Position numbers and translations under genes: made by a program
In this document: positions 9,581 through 19,457 of the stretch, piece after piece
Layout: each line of letters begins with the position of its first letter
Numbering within the stretch: position 1 is the first letter of the stretch
Notes under the pieces: generated by a model
What the model was told of the DNA's origin: nothing
The model's database searches: none
What the model saw: the letters and a program-made list of their open reading frames with translations, nothing else
Origin: Marinicella sp.
Lineage (GTDB): Bacteria; Pseudomonadota; Gammaproteobacteria; Xanthomonadales; Marinicellaceae
Assembly: GCA_965230295.1 (NCBI GenBank)
Contig: OZ246001.1
Coordinates: 2,880,001 to 2,944,000 of the forward strand
Direction of reading: 5' to 3'
DNA length: 64,000 bases

Positions 9581-10129
9581 TTGCTTATGATTGGATTATT
9601 ACTGACTGTTTTCATCAGCAGTCACCATGACAACATGAATACTTTTAACTTCAACCAGCTTAAACAGGATCAGTACATGATTCTCAATGATGGGGTGATG
9701 GGCGGTCGATCTCAAAGCCAATTGATCAAAGACGAAGGGGCAGCTAACTTCAGCGGTACCGTTTCATTGGAAAACAATGGTGGATTCGCCTCAGTCAGAA
9801 TGATTTGGCCATTTATTTCTGATGATCAAGCAACATCAGCAACAGTGTTGAGCTTAAAAGTCAAAGGTGATGGCTTGCGCTATCAGTTCAGGCTGCGCAC
9901 CAACCGTGGTTTTGACGGTGCCGCCTACAGTTATGCTTTTGATACCGTCAAAGACCAAGAGCAAACGGTCTATATTCCAGTGGATCAATTTGTGCCCACT
10001 TTCAGAGGGCGGGTTCTGAGAGACATGCCTCAATTACGTTTTGCTGATGTTCAGCAAATGGGGGTTTTGATTTCAGACAAGCAAGTGGGTGGGTTTTCTA
10101 TAGAGTTGTACCAAGTCTCATTGGATTGA
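9581..10129 (+). CDS. CIA30 (NDUFAF1-like) family protein; start codon uncertain
   Basis: NDGVMGGRS, SLENNGGFASVR, GDGLRY, PTFRGR. Confidence 0.9.
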   Translation: MLMIGLLLTVFISSHHDNMNTFNFNQLKQDQYMILNDGVMGGRSQSQLIKDEGAANFSGTVSLENNGGFASVRMIWPFISDDQATSATVLSLKVKGDGLRYQFRLRTNRGFDGAAYSYAFDTVKDQEQTVYIPVDQFVPTFRGRVLRDMPQLRFADVQQMGVLISDKQVGGFSIELYQVSLD

Positions 10130-10150
10130 GGTTGTCACCAAGTCCCCATT

Positions 10151-10179
10151 AAAAAAGGCCACAACATGTGGCCTTTTTT
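10151..10179. terminator. Bidirectional rho-independent terminator (CIA30 gene and sucAB-lpdA operon)
   Basis: AAAAAAGGCCACA-ACA-TGTGGCCTTTTTT. Confidence 0.9.
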
Positions 10180-10194
10180 ACGAGATTATATAGT

Positions 10195-10843
10195 CAAGTA
10201 CGATTCCTTAATGGCTTTCGGTTGGTCGCACAGCGATCAGAGAAAACTCATTTAAGCCATCACGTGCAGCCGGTTTTGTTGTGTAGCAACAAAGAAGTCA
10301 AGTACGATTCCTTAATGGCTTTCGGTTGGTCGCACAGCGATCAGAGAAAACTCATTTAAGCCATCACGTGCAGCCGGTTTTGTTGTGTAGCAACAAAGAA
10401 GGCAAGTACGATTCCTCAATGGCTTTCGGTTGGTCGCACAGCGATCAGAGAAAACTCATTTAAGCCATCACGTGCAGCCGGTTTTGTTGTGTAGCAACAA
10501 AGAAGGCAAGTACGATTCCTTAATGGCTTTCGGTTGGTCGCACAGCGATCAGAGAAAACTCATTTAAGCCATCACGTGCAGCCGGTTTTGTTGTGTAGCA
10601 ACAAAGAAGGCAAGTACGATTCCTTAATGGCTTTCGGTTGGTCGCACAGCGATCAGAGAAAACTTATTTAAGCCATCACGTGCAGCCGGTTTTGTTGTGT
10701 AGCAACAAAGAAGGCAAGTACGATTCCTTAATGGCTTTCGGTTGGTCGCACAGCGATCAGAGAAAACTTATTTAAGCCATCACGTGCAGCCGGTTTTGTT
10801 GTGTAGCAACAAAGAAGGCAAGTACGATTCCTTAATTGGCTTT
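10195..10843. repeat. Non-coding tandem array: 6 x 104 bp plus a partial 7th unit overlapping the lpdA stop codon
   Basis: CAAGTACGATTCC recurs at 10195, 10299, 10403, 10507, 10611, 10715 and 10819; only three variant positions seen; no spacers. Confidence 0.97.
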
Positions 10844-12253
10844 ATGGATCGCCCGTTTGTCGACATTCATGGCGGCTTCAAACACGGCTTCAGACAAGGT
10901 TGGGTGCGCATGCACAATGCGTGCCAAGTCTTCGGCACAGCCTTTGAACTCCATGGCAACCACACACTCTGACAACAGATCAGCCGCATTGGCCGCATAA
11001 ATGTGTGCGCCCAAAAGCTCATCAGTTTCCTTATCTGCGATTAATTTGACCATTCCTGTGGGTTCATTCATGGCCAAGGCACGGCCATTGGCCGCAAACG
11101 GGAATGTGCCTACTTTGTATTCAACGCCGGCTTCTTTCAACTGCTCTTCGGTTTTACCCACCCAAGCAATTTCCGGTTCGGTATAAATCACCCAAGGGAT
11201 GGTGTTGAAGTCAATGTGTCCATGTTGGCCAGCAATGGTCTCAACCACAGCTGATGCCTCTTCAGAACCTTTGTGTGCCAGCATGGGACCACGAACGGCA
11301 TCACCCACTGCCCATACATTGGGCACCGAGGTGCGGCAATCGTCATCGACATCAATTTGTCCACGCTCAGTCAGTTGCACACCACAGTCTTCACTGAGTA
11401 GGCCAGAGGTTTCGGCTTTTCTGCCCACAGCAACCAATAATTTATCGTAAACAGCGGCGGTTTGTTCGCCTTTCTTTTCATACACCACTTCCACTTTGCC
11501 GTCTTTAACAGTGGCCGATTTAACAAAGGTCGATAAGTGGATATCCAAACCTTGTTTTTTGAATTCACGGGCGGCCATCTTTGCAATGGTCTGGTCACAA
11601 GCCGCCAGGAAGGTATCCATGGCTTCAAACACGGTCACTTCAGAACCCAAACGATTCCAAACACTGCCCAATTCCAAGCCGATCACTCCGGCGCCGATAA
11701 CGCCCAGTTTGGCTGGCACTTGATCCACATCCAAGCCACCTGCATTATCTAAAATGTACTCGTTGTCCACTTCAACATTCGGTATGTTGATGGGTACCGA
11801 GCCACTGGCCAGGATGATGTGTTCGCCTTGAACGATTTCCGTTCCATCTTCGTTGGTGATTTCAACATGACGGTCTTTCAACAATTTGCCGCTGCCGGCT
11901 TTGTAGTTGACTTTATTGGCTTTGAACAACTGAGCGATACCACCGGTCAGTTGTTTAACAATTTTGTCTTTGCGACCAATCATGGTGGGAACGTCAATGG
12001 CGGCATTTTCAAATGAAATACCATGAACGTCATAATGTTTGGTCATTTGCTCGTAATGCTTTGAAGAATCAAGCAAAGCTTTGGATGGGATACAGCCTAC
12101 ATTCAGGCAAGTACCACCCAAAGAGTATTTACCGTCTTTGCCTTTGAACCGGTCAATACACAAAGTGTTGAAACCCATTTGTGCTGCACGAATGGCTGCC
12201 ACGTAGCCCGCTGGGCCGCCGCCAATCACTACCACATCATATTTTTCTGTCAT
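10832..12253 (-). CDS. lpdA: Dihydrolipoyl dehydrogenase (E3)
   Basis: GGGPAG, GGTCLNVGCIPSK, GPMLAHKG, HAHPTLSE. Confidence 0.98.
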   Translation of the reverse strand: MTEKYDVVVIGGGPAGYVAAIRAAQMGFNTLCIDRFKGKDGKYSLGGTCLNVGCIPSKALLDSSKHYEQMTKHYDVHGISFENAAIDVPTMIGRKDKIVKQLTGGIAQLFKANKVNYKAGSGKLLKDRHVEITNEDGTEIVQGEHIILASGSVPINIPNVEVDNEYILDNAGGLDVDQVPAKLGVIGAGVIGLELGSVWNRLGSEVTVFEAMDTFLAACDQTIAKMAAREFKKQGLDIHLSTFVKSATVKDGKVEVVYEKKGEQTAAVYDKLLVAVGRKAETSGLLSEDCGVQLTERGQIDVDDDCRTSVPNVWAVGDAVRGPMLAHKGSEEASAVVETIAGQHGHIDFNTIPWVIYTEPEIAWVGKTEEQLKEAGVEYKVGTFPFAANGRALAMNEPTGMVKLIADKETDELLGAHIYAANAADLLSECVVAMEFKGCAEDLARIVHAHPTLSEAVFEAAMNVDKRAIHKAN

Positions 12254-12264
12254 TTCATGTCTCC

Positions 12265-13434
12265 TTACAGGTTCAACAGCATGCGAGCTGGGTCTTCTAA
12301 CATTTCTTTGACTGCCACCAAGAACAACACAGCGTCTTTACCATCAATGATTCTGTGGTCATACGTCAAAGCCAGGTACATCATCGGTCGCACCACAATT
12401 TCACCATTAACCACCACGGGTCTTTCCTTGATGGTGTGCATGCCCAAAATGGCACTTTGTGGCATGTTCAAAATGGGTGTAGACATCAATGAACCGAAGG
12501 TGCCACCGTTGGTGATGGTGAAGGTGCCGCCGGTTAAATCATCCATGGTCAGTTTGCCAGCATTACCAGCCACTGCAAAGTCGCGGATGGTGGCATCAAT
12601 GTCAGCCAAGCCCATGGCATTGGTGTTTTTCAACACAGGGACCACCAAGCCACGTTCTGTGGCCACAGCAATACCGATGTTTTGTTGTTTGTGGTAAACC
12701 ACATCAGTGCCTTCAACGGAAGCATTGATGACAGGGAATTGTTTCAAAGCTTCAGTGGCTGCCTTGACGAAGAAGCTCATCAAGCCCAATTTGATGCCGT
12801 GCTTTTGAATGAATTCTTCTTTGTATTTGCGGCGGATGTCCATCACCGCTTTCAAATCAACTTCGTTGAATGAAGTCAACATGGCTGCAGTTGATTGGGC
12901 TTCGACCATGCGGTCTGCAATTTTCTGGCGCAAACGGCTCATGGGCACACGTTCTTCCATTGGTGTGTTGGCCACGGTTTGTACATCTGGTTTGGTGATT
13001 CGACCACCGCGACCAGAGCCACTGACTTGTGAGGCATCGATGTTATTCTCATGCATCATTTTGCGTGCTGCAGGACCGGCCGAACCGGTGTCAATCGCTG
13101 GTGCTGGATCGTTGGATGGCGCAGCAGCTGCAGGAGCAGCCGGTGCAGAACTGGCTTTCGGTGCCACAGATTCTTCCACTTTCTCAGCTGGAATTTCTCC
13201 TTCCTTAACCACGCCCAAGACTTGGTTGGCCTCAACCACATCGCCCGATTCAACGGCGATTGATTCCAACACGCCATCGGCTGGAGCTGGCACTTCAAGC
13301 ACCACTTTATCGGTTTCTAAATCAACCAGATTTTCATCGCGTTTGACGAAATCACCCGGTTTTTTATACCATGTGGCGACTGTCGCATCGGTGACTGATT
13401 CTGGTAAAACGGGCACTTTTACATCAATGCTCAT
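12265..13434 (-). CDS. sucB: Dihydrolipoyllysine-residue succinyltransferase (E2 of 2-oxoglutarate dehydrogenase)
   Basis: Lipoyl domain ETDKV, E3-binding [10 protein letters not shown], catalytic YDHRIIDG. Confidence 0.98.
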   Translation of the reverse strand: MSIDVKVPVLPESVTDATVATWYKKPGDFVKRDENLVDLETDKVVLEVPAPADGVLESIAVESGDVVEANQVLGVVKEGEIPAEKVEESVAPKASSAPAAPAAAAPSNDPAPAIDTGSAGPAARKMMHENNIDASQVSGSGRGGRITKPDVQTVANTPMEERVPMSRLRQKIADRMVEAQSTAAMLTSFNEVDLKAVMDIRRKYKEEFIQKHGIKLGLMSFFVKAATEALKQFPVINASVEGTDVVYHKQQNIGIAVATERGLVVPVLKNTNAMGLADIDATIRDFAVAGNAGKLTMDDLTGGTFTITNGGTFGSLMSTPILNMPQSAILGMHTIKERPVVVNGEIVVRPMMYLALTYDHRIIDGKDAVLFLVAVKEMLEDPARMLLNL

Positions 13435-13441
13435 ACTTATA

Positions 13442-16273
13442 TTACTCCGCGTCTATGGCCGATCCATGTTCCCCATGAATGGCATCTTTAACTAATAGTT
13501 GTTGTTCTCTGTTGTGTACTTTCAATGCGCCCACTGCAGGAGAGGGTGATCCTTTTCTGCCCGCGTAATACAGCGGAAAGCGATCGGCAATACAATGTTG
13601 TAAGTGGTGTCTGATTTGGAACCAGGCCCCTTGGTTGATGGGCTCTTCCTGACACCAAATCACTTCTTTGGCATTGGGATAGCTGTCTAATTGTTTGGTT
13701 AACTCCTTTCTTGGGAACGGGTACAGTTGTTCAACCCGTGCCAAAGCGATGGTCTTGTTGTCTTCATCGGTCAATTGTTCCAACAAGTCATAATAGACTT
13801 TGCCTGAGCAAAAAATAATGCGTTTAACATCTTTGGCTTTCACTCTGCGGTCTGGAATAACGGTCTGGAACTGGCCTTCGGTCAATTGTTCTTTGGTCGA
13901 AGTGGCCAATTTATGTCGCAATAAACTTTTGGGTGTCATCACAATCAATGGCTTGCGCGCTTTGCGCAACATCTGACGCCTGATCATGTGGAAGGTTTGA
14001 GCAGGTGTGGATGGCATACACACTTGCATATTGTTCACTGCACACAACTGTAAGAACCGTTCCAATCTGGCTGATGAATGTTCGGGGCCTTGGCCTTCAA
14101 AGCCATGTGGTAAGAACATCACCAGACCACTCAACCGACCCCATTTGGCTTCTCCGGATGAGATGAACTGATCTATCACCACTTGGGCACCATTGACGAA
14201 ATCGCCAAATTGACCTTCCCATATCACCAAAGCGGTTGGTTCGGTGGTGGCATAGCCATATTCAAATCCCAGGACGGCTTCTTCTGAAAGCACTGAGTTG
14301 ATGATGTCAATTTTGTTTTTATCTGATTCCAGTTGACTCAATGGCGTGTAGTTTTCGTTCATGTCCACATTGTGAATCACCGCATGACGATGGAAAAAAG
14401 TACCGCGCTGTGAGTCTTGGCCATCCAACCGGATCTGGAACCCTTCATCCAAGATGCTGGCATATGCCATGGTTTCAGCCATGCCCCAGTCCATTGGAAT
14501 TTCTCCATTGAGCATTTTGATGCGATCTTGGTTGATTTTATTGACCCTGGGGTGTGGTTTTAAGTCGCCGGGCAGGGTGGTGATCACTTCGCCATATTTT
14601 TTAAAATTTTCCGCGGTGATGGTGGTATCCACCTGTTCAGTCAATTCGCCCTTGATGTAAGGTGACCAATCAACCGCAAATTTATCGTTGTTGTGAGTGG
14701 GGCCAAATTCGACGATGTCCTCTTTGTTGTCCAGGCGATCGCGGTAACGATCAACCATGTCACGAATTTGATTGGTATCAACCAGACCGGCTCTTTGTAA
14801 TTTGTCGGCATAAATTTCACGCGGAGATTGATGTGCCTTGATCAATTTATACATGTGTGGTTGGGTTGCCGAAGGTTCATCGGCTTCATTGTGCCCGTGT
14901 TTGCGGTAACAAACCAAGTCGATCACCACATCCATTCCAAAGGTTTGGCGGTAATCTGCAGCCACTTGCGTGGCGAACACCACCGCTTCCGGGTCATCGC
15001 CATTGACGTGGAAAATGGGTGCTTGCACCATTTTGGCGATCTCGGTGCAGTAAAGGCCCGCTTTTTTGTCCAAAGCATGGGTGGTGGTGAAACCAATCTG
15101 GTTGTTAACCACAACATGAATGGTACCACCCACATCGTAGCCTTCAACCATAGACATGTTGAACAATTCCATGTTCACACCTTGTCCTTCGAAGGCCGCG
15201 TCACCATGAATCAAAACCGGAACAACCACATTCTTGCCTTCGTCTTTGCGTCGCACTTGACGGGCGCGTACCGAGCCTAAGACCACTGGGTTGATGATTT
15301 CCAAATGAGATGGGTTGAATGCCATGGCCAAATGCACATCACCACCGGGTGTGGGCACATCTGAGGAATAACCTTTGTGGTACTTGACATCACCTGAATT
15401 GACATTGTCTAACTCGTCGGCTTTGACCCCATCAAACTCATCAAACAATTCAGCGGGTGATTTACCCAAGATGTTGACCAACATGTTGAGCCGGCCTCGG
15501 TGGGCCATACCAATCACCAACTCTTTGGTTTTTTGAGCGCCCAAATGCTGGATCAAAAAGGCCATTTGTGGAATCAAGGCATCGCCGCCTTCCAAAGAGA
15601 AACGTTTCTGGCCAACATATTTGGTGTGTAAATAGCGCTCCATGCCTTCTGCTTTGGTCAGGCATGACAACATGTGTAATTTATCTTCCTCGTTGAAAGG
15701 GAAGGCGCCCCCTTGTTTTTCCAGGCGTTGTTGTAACCATTCACGTTTGTTGATGTCCGTGATGTGCATGTACTCGGCACCAATGTGCTGACAGTAAATG
15801 TTTTCTAACAGATCAATGATGTCCTTCAGCTTCATTTGCTCAGGGGCCACCAGTGATCCGGTGTTGAATTCTGTGTTTAAATCGGCTTCATGTAAATCAT
15901 GAAATGCCAGGGTCAAATCCGGGGTGTCTGGACGTTTTGAATATTTGATCGGATCCAGGTCGGCTTTTTGATGACCACGCAAGCGGTAAGAATTGATTAA
16001 GCGCAACACATCTGCTTGTTTTTGGGCATGGGCCGCATCTCCTGATACCATGCCAGCACCTGCGGGCAGTCGACCGGCCTGTTCGAACCTTTCGATGATT
16101 GGCAAGTGACGCACATCGGGTTCAGCCTGGTCGAACTGTTTGAACAAGGCTTGAAGTTCAGGCGTGACTGAGTTTGGGTCCTCTAAGTAGAGGTCGTAAT
16201 ATTGTTCCAACCAGCTCGAATTGCTGCCAAAAAAAGCAGCCGATTGTTGTTTTTCTTTAATCCAGCTTCCCAA
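13442..16273 (-). CDS. sucA: 2-oxoglutarate dehydrogenase E1 (TTG start predicted)
   Basis: [45 protein letters not shown]. Confidence 0.98.
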   Translation of the reverse strand: MGSWIKEKQQSAAFFGSNSSWLEQYYDLYLEDPNSVTPELQALFKQFDQAEPDVRHLPIIERFEQAGRLPAGAGMVSGDAAHAQKQADVLRLINSYRLRGHQKADLDPIKYSKRPDTPDLTLAFHDLHEADLNTEFNTGSLVAPEQMKLKDIIDLLENIYCQHIGAEYMHITDINKREWLQQRLEKQGGAFPFNEEDKLHMLSCLTKAEGMERYLHTKYVGQKRFSLEGGDALIPQMAFLIQHLGAQKTKELVIGMAHRGRLNMLVNILGKSPAELFDEFDGVKADELDNVNSGDVKYHKGYSSDVPTPGGDVHLAMAFNPSHLEIINPVVLGSVRARQVRRKDEGKNVVVPVLIHGDAAFEGQGVNMELFNMSMVEGYDVGGTIHVVVNNQIGFTTTHALDKKAGLYCTEIAKMVQAPIFHVNGDDPEAVVFATQVAADYRQTFGMDVVIDLVCYRKHGHNEADEPSATQPHMYKLIKAHQSPREIYADKLQRAGLVDTNQIRDMVDRYRDRLDNKEDIVEFGPTHNNDKFAVDWSPYIKGELTEQVDTTITAENFKKYGEVITTLPGDLKPHPRVNKINQDRIKMLNGEIPMDWGMAETMAYASILDEGFQIRLDGQDSQRGTFFHRHAVIHNVDMNENYTPLSQLESDKNKIDIINSVLSEEAVLGFEYGYATTEPTALVIWEGQFGDFVNGAQVVIDQFISSGEAKWGRLSGLVMFLPHGFEGQGPEHSSARLERFLQLCAVNNMQVCMPSTPAQTFHMIRRQMLRKARKPLIVMTPKSLLRHKLATSTKEQLTEGQFQTVIPDRRVKAKDVKRIIFCSGKVYYDLLEQLTDEDNKTIALARVEQLYPFPRKELTKQLDSYPNAKEVIWCQEEPINQGAWFQIRHHLQHCIADRFPLYYAGRKGSPSPAVGALKVHNREQQLLVKDAIHGEHGSAIDAE

Positions 16274-16668
16274 GGGGTGTCTCTGTGTCAGTCAATGAAA
16301 ACGCGTATTATAAAGGAATGTTCTTGGGACTTCATTCACTTTTGGTACACAAAAGTGAAAGCGGCCGCTTCGAACATGTTTTTTGACCGCACACAACCCT
16401 TCTGACAAGCAATAGCTCGCCAATCAGGGCTGTGATTCGAGCTGAAATCAGCCCTCAATTCACCATTGCAGGGTAAAAGACCAACGGGGGGATTAAGTGT
16501 AAAAAAATGCAAAGTTTTTCTGGATCTGGAAAGCAGAGAGTAAGTATGGATTTTAACCTTGAATGGATGGGTATTCTCTTGTTTACTGAGGGATGAGTCA
16601 CAGAATCTGTTCACCACTCGATCACAAGTAAATCGGTCATGTATAATTGAGTGGTAGTGAGTTAATCT

Positions 16669-18405
16669 GTGGGCATGAATCAAGCGGTGGGTAAAAGAAC
16701 TTTCAAAGCGATCCATATCTATGTGGCAGGCATTTTGTTGTTGGCAATTGCTTATGGTTTTTTGCGCATTGGTGATGATTTCAGTTTGCCGGATTTGACC
16801 ACTTGGGTGTTGGGTACGACCAGCATGCTACTGGTTTGGCAGTGCGGTGTACGGATGCCTTATTTGGGCATGATTTCGATGGAGCGCCTGGTGCAATTTC
16901 ATTTGCTGTTAACCATGCCCATTTCCGAGACCCTGGCCATCACCACTGTGGCCAGTTTGATCATGCCATTCATCAATAAATCCTATCGGATGAATTCATA
17001 TCGGATTGCTGCGATCCGTGCCATCAACAACCTTTCCATGAATATAATCATGTTGCTGACTGGTTCATGGATTTTAAGCCACTGGCTATCCATACCATTG
17101 ACTGTGTTAGATGCTGAAGCCATTTATGTCATAGCTGGTGCCGCATTGGTAATGCAGGTGATCAACATTGGTATGATCTTTATTTATTTTTCTTTTGATA
17201 AAAAGAAAATCTCTAAATTGTTCACTCCGGCCTATATATTTGCGGATCTGGTTTTTGTCCCGGCGGGTGTGTTATCGGCTTTGTTGTGGATGACTGTTCC
17301 CATGGAAATGTTTATTCTGTTTGCCTTGTTTATGGTTGTATTGTTGGTCAGTTTTCATGGATTCAATCAAAAAACTGAAGACAGCGGTCCCATCACTTTA
17401 CACAAAGGCACCGAATACCCCACCAGTTTCCTGGACATCAATCATGTGGCCTCAGCCATCCATTCTCGCTGTGATCATTTATTTAACTGTCAGGCCATCT
17501 TTTTGATTGAAAAAGATGGCAAAGAAGGCAACACGCATTTCCTATTGAATGTTAATAACACCAACATCCCTGATTTAGATGAATTCGCAGAACAATTAGA
17601 CACCTTGCAAGATGCCGAGTTGGGTCAACAGTTTGTGGGGGAGTATCCGATTGATTTCATGGTGGCACAGTTTGTGGATCATGATGGGGTGTTTGCCCGG
17701 ATGGTGTTGATCAGGGACAACCAAGTACCTTACACCAATCCTGATTTGAATTTATTGCGATTATTTGTGCAGCGATATAGGCCCGGTTTGTCCTATGCGT
17801 TGACCTTTGCCAAACTGTCTGAATACAAGAGCAATCTGGAAGAGAAAGTTGCTGAGCGGACCCAGCAATTGGAAAACGCCAACCGTGAAAAGAGTGACTT
17901 GGTCAATAAACTGAAAATGATATCCAATTCGGATGCACTGACTCAGTTGTATAACCGCCGCTTTTTTGATTCGATGATCAAACATTTTTCAGCCCAACCG
18001 CCACCCTATTTATCACTGGCCATTTTGGATATTGACCACTTCAAGCGGATCAATGACAGTTTTGGTCATGAGGTTGGTGATCAAGTACTGAAAACCATTG
18101 CCCATGTCATCAAATCTTGGTCAAGTGAGGGGGTCACATTGGTGCGGTATGGTGGTGAAGAATTTGTCATCGTCTTGAAAAATTGCCAGCTTGAACAAGC
18201 CACAGCGATGTTGCATCAATTGTTGTTGGATGTATCAAGTTTTGATTGGTCAACGTTGGCTTTGAATCAGACAGTAACAGTCAGTATTGGCTTAGCGGGT
18301 TACCCTGGAACGGCGGTGACTGATTTGTTCGAACAGGCCGATGCGGCCTTGTATCGCGCCAAGGCCAATGGTCGCAATCAAGTTCAAGTGCACAGTAACA
18401 AATAA
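16669..18405 (+). CDS. Membrane-bound diguanylate cyclase (multi-TM sensor, GAF-like region, coiled coil, GGDEF)
   Basis: DALTQLYNRR, DIDHFKRINDSFGH, RYGGEEF, ADAALYRAK; hydrophobic N-terminal third; start could be 16675. Confidence 0.92.
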   Translation: MGMNQAVGKRTFKAIHIYVAGILLLAIAYGFLRIGDDFSLPDLTTWVLGTTSMLLVWQCGVRMPYLGMISMERLVQFHLLLTMPISETLAITTVASLIMPFINKSYRMNSYRIAAIRAINNLSMNIIMLLTGSWILSHWLSIPLTVLDAEAIYVIAGAALVMQVINIGMIFIYFSFDKKKISKLFTPAYIFADLVFVPAGVLSALLWMTVPMEMFILFALFMVVLLVSFHGFNQKTEDSGPITLHKGTEYPTSFLDINHVASAIHSRCDHLFNCQAIFLIEKDGKEGNTHFLLNVNNTNIPDLDEFAEQLDTLQDAELGQQFVGEYPIDFMVAQFVDHDGVFARMVLIRDNQVPYTNPDLNLLRLFVQRYRPGLSYALTFAKLSEYKSNLEEKVAERTQQLENANREKSDLVNKLKMISNSDALTQLYNRRFFDSMIKHFSAQPPPYLSLAILDIDHFKRINDSFGHEVGDQVLKTIAHVIKSWSSEGVTLVRYGGEEFVIVLKNCQLEQATAMLHQLLLDVSSFDWSTLALNQTVTVSIGLAGYPGTAVTDLFEQADAALYRAKANGRNQVQVHSNK

Positions 18406-18497
18406 ACTTTTATGTGTTGCAGGCTTCGACTCCTGCCAGTCTTGAGTCTGCCGAAGGGCTCAGCCAACGGAAAGTATGGTTTTGACTCAGAAGAATA

Positions 18498-18589
18498 TGT
18501 CATTGCGAGGGAGGGACGACCGCGGCAATCTCATGAATCTGGCTAACTTGTAAGGAGATTGCCACGTCGCTACGCTCCTCGCAATGACA
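18498..18589. repeat. REP/MITE-like palindromic element (GTCATTGCGAG...CTCGCAATGAC type)
   Basis: Terminal inverted repeat TGTCATTGCGAGG / CCTCGCAATGACA with inner stem GGCAATCTC / GAGATTGCC, between convergent genes. Confidence 0.85.
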
Positions 18590-18590
18590 A

Positions 18591-19457
18591 TCAATTCAAA
18601 GCAATCATCGCCTTGGCGGTAGCCGCTGTGCGGTTATTGACTTCGAGTTTGCGGTAAATTTGTTCCAAATGTTTGTTCACAGTGCGTTCGCTGATGTTGA
18701 GAATCTGGGCGATTTCCCAATCGGTTTTGCCTTTCGCTACCCAGAACAACACTTCCGCTTCGCGGCGGGTGATTTTGAGTTTGTTCTTCAGGGTTTGGGT
18801 TTCCAACTTTAAATTGTGGGCTTTGAATTTGAGCAGGTGTGAGCCATCGGTCTGTGGTGATACATAACTGATGATCAGGGTGGTTGACCCTTGTTGTACT
18901 TCCATGGTGTCGTCAACTTCAGCCTGTCTGAGCCAATCCAATAACTGTGTATGCTCTTTGCTGCTGAAAGAATCGATAAAGGTTTGTGCCTGATCGGTGG
19001 TCCAAATTTGCTGGCCCTTCGAGTTAACGGCAGCCATATGCTGGCCGGTTGAATCCAGGGCCAGTTTGGTACTGTTGGTCAGTTTGGCGTTGTTGATGTG
19101 TACTTCAACCCGTGCCAATAATTCTGAGTGATCCAATGGTTTAACCAGATAGTCAACGGCACCCGAAGACAAGCCTTTGACAATGTGCTCGGTTTCGCTC
19201 AAACCCGTCATGAATATGATCGGTAAATCCGGATGCGATTGCTTCATCAATTCACAGGTGGCAAAACCATCCATTTCCGGCATGATGGCATCCAGTAACA
19301 CCAGGTGTGGCGTGGCCTTTTCCAGTATATTCAATGCAGTGGCTCCGCTGTTGGCCACCAATACGGTGTAGGATTGTTCGCTCAGGGTTTGGTACAGCAA
19401 GCTCAGATTATCGGTGTTGTCATCAACGGCTAATATGATTTGGTTAAGCGGTTTCAT
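18591..19457 (-). CDS. Response regulator (REC + LuxR-type HTH)
   Basis: VDD, LLDAIMPEMDG, YLVKP; TRREAEVLFWVAKGKTDWEIAQILNISERTVNKHLEQIYRKL. Confidence 0.93.
   Translation of the reverse strand: MKPLNQIILAVDDNTDNLSLLYQTLSEQSYTVLVANSGATALNILEKATPHLVLLDAIMPEMDGFATCELMKQSHPDLPIIFMTGLSETEHIVKGLSSGAVDYLVKPLDHSELLARVEVHINNAKLTNSTKLALDSTGQHMAAVNSKGQQIWTTDQAQTFIDSFSSKEHTQLLDWLRQAEVDDTMEVQQGSTTLIISYVSPQTDGSHLLKFKAHNLKLETQTLKNKLKITRREAEVLFWVAKGKTDWEIAQILNISERTVNKHLEQIYRKLEVNNRTAATAKAMIALN

Noticed and set aside
10195-10843. CRISPR array or other guide-RNA array
   Set aside because: Units are identical end to end with no variable spacers, the 104-bp period is too long for a CRISPR repeat, and there are no cas genes in the window.
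10168-10972. ORFs 10168-10359 and 10742-10972 as real proteins
   Set aside because: They are translations of the 104-bp repeat (period not divisible by 3); one starts inside a terminator and the other runs antisense into lpdA.
12809-13495. 228-aa ORF antisense to sucB
   Set aside because: Typical stop-poor antisense frame of a codon-biased housekeeping gene.
16336-16716. 126-aa minus-strand ORF upstream of sucA
   Set aside because: No recognisable motif, atypical composition, and it overlaps the start of the diguanylate cyclase; likely spurious.
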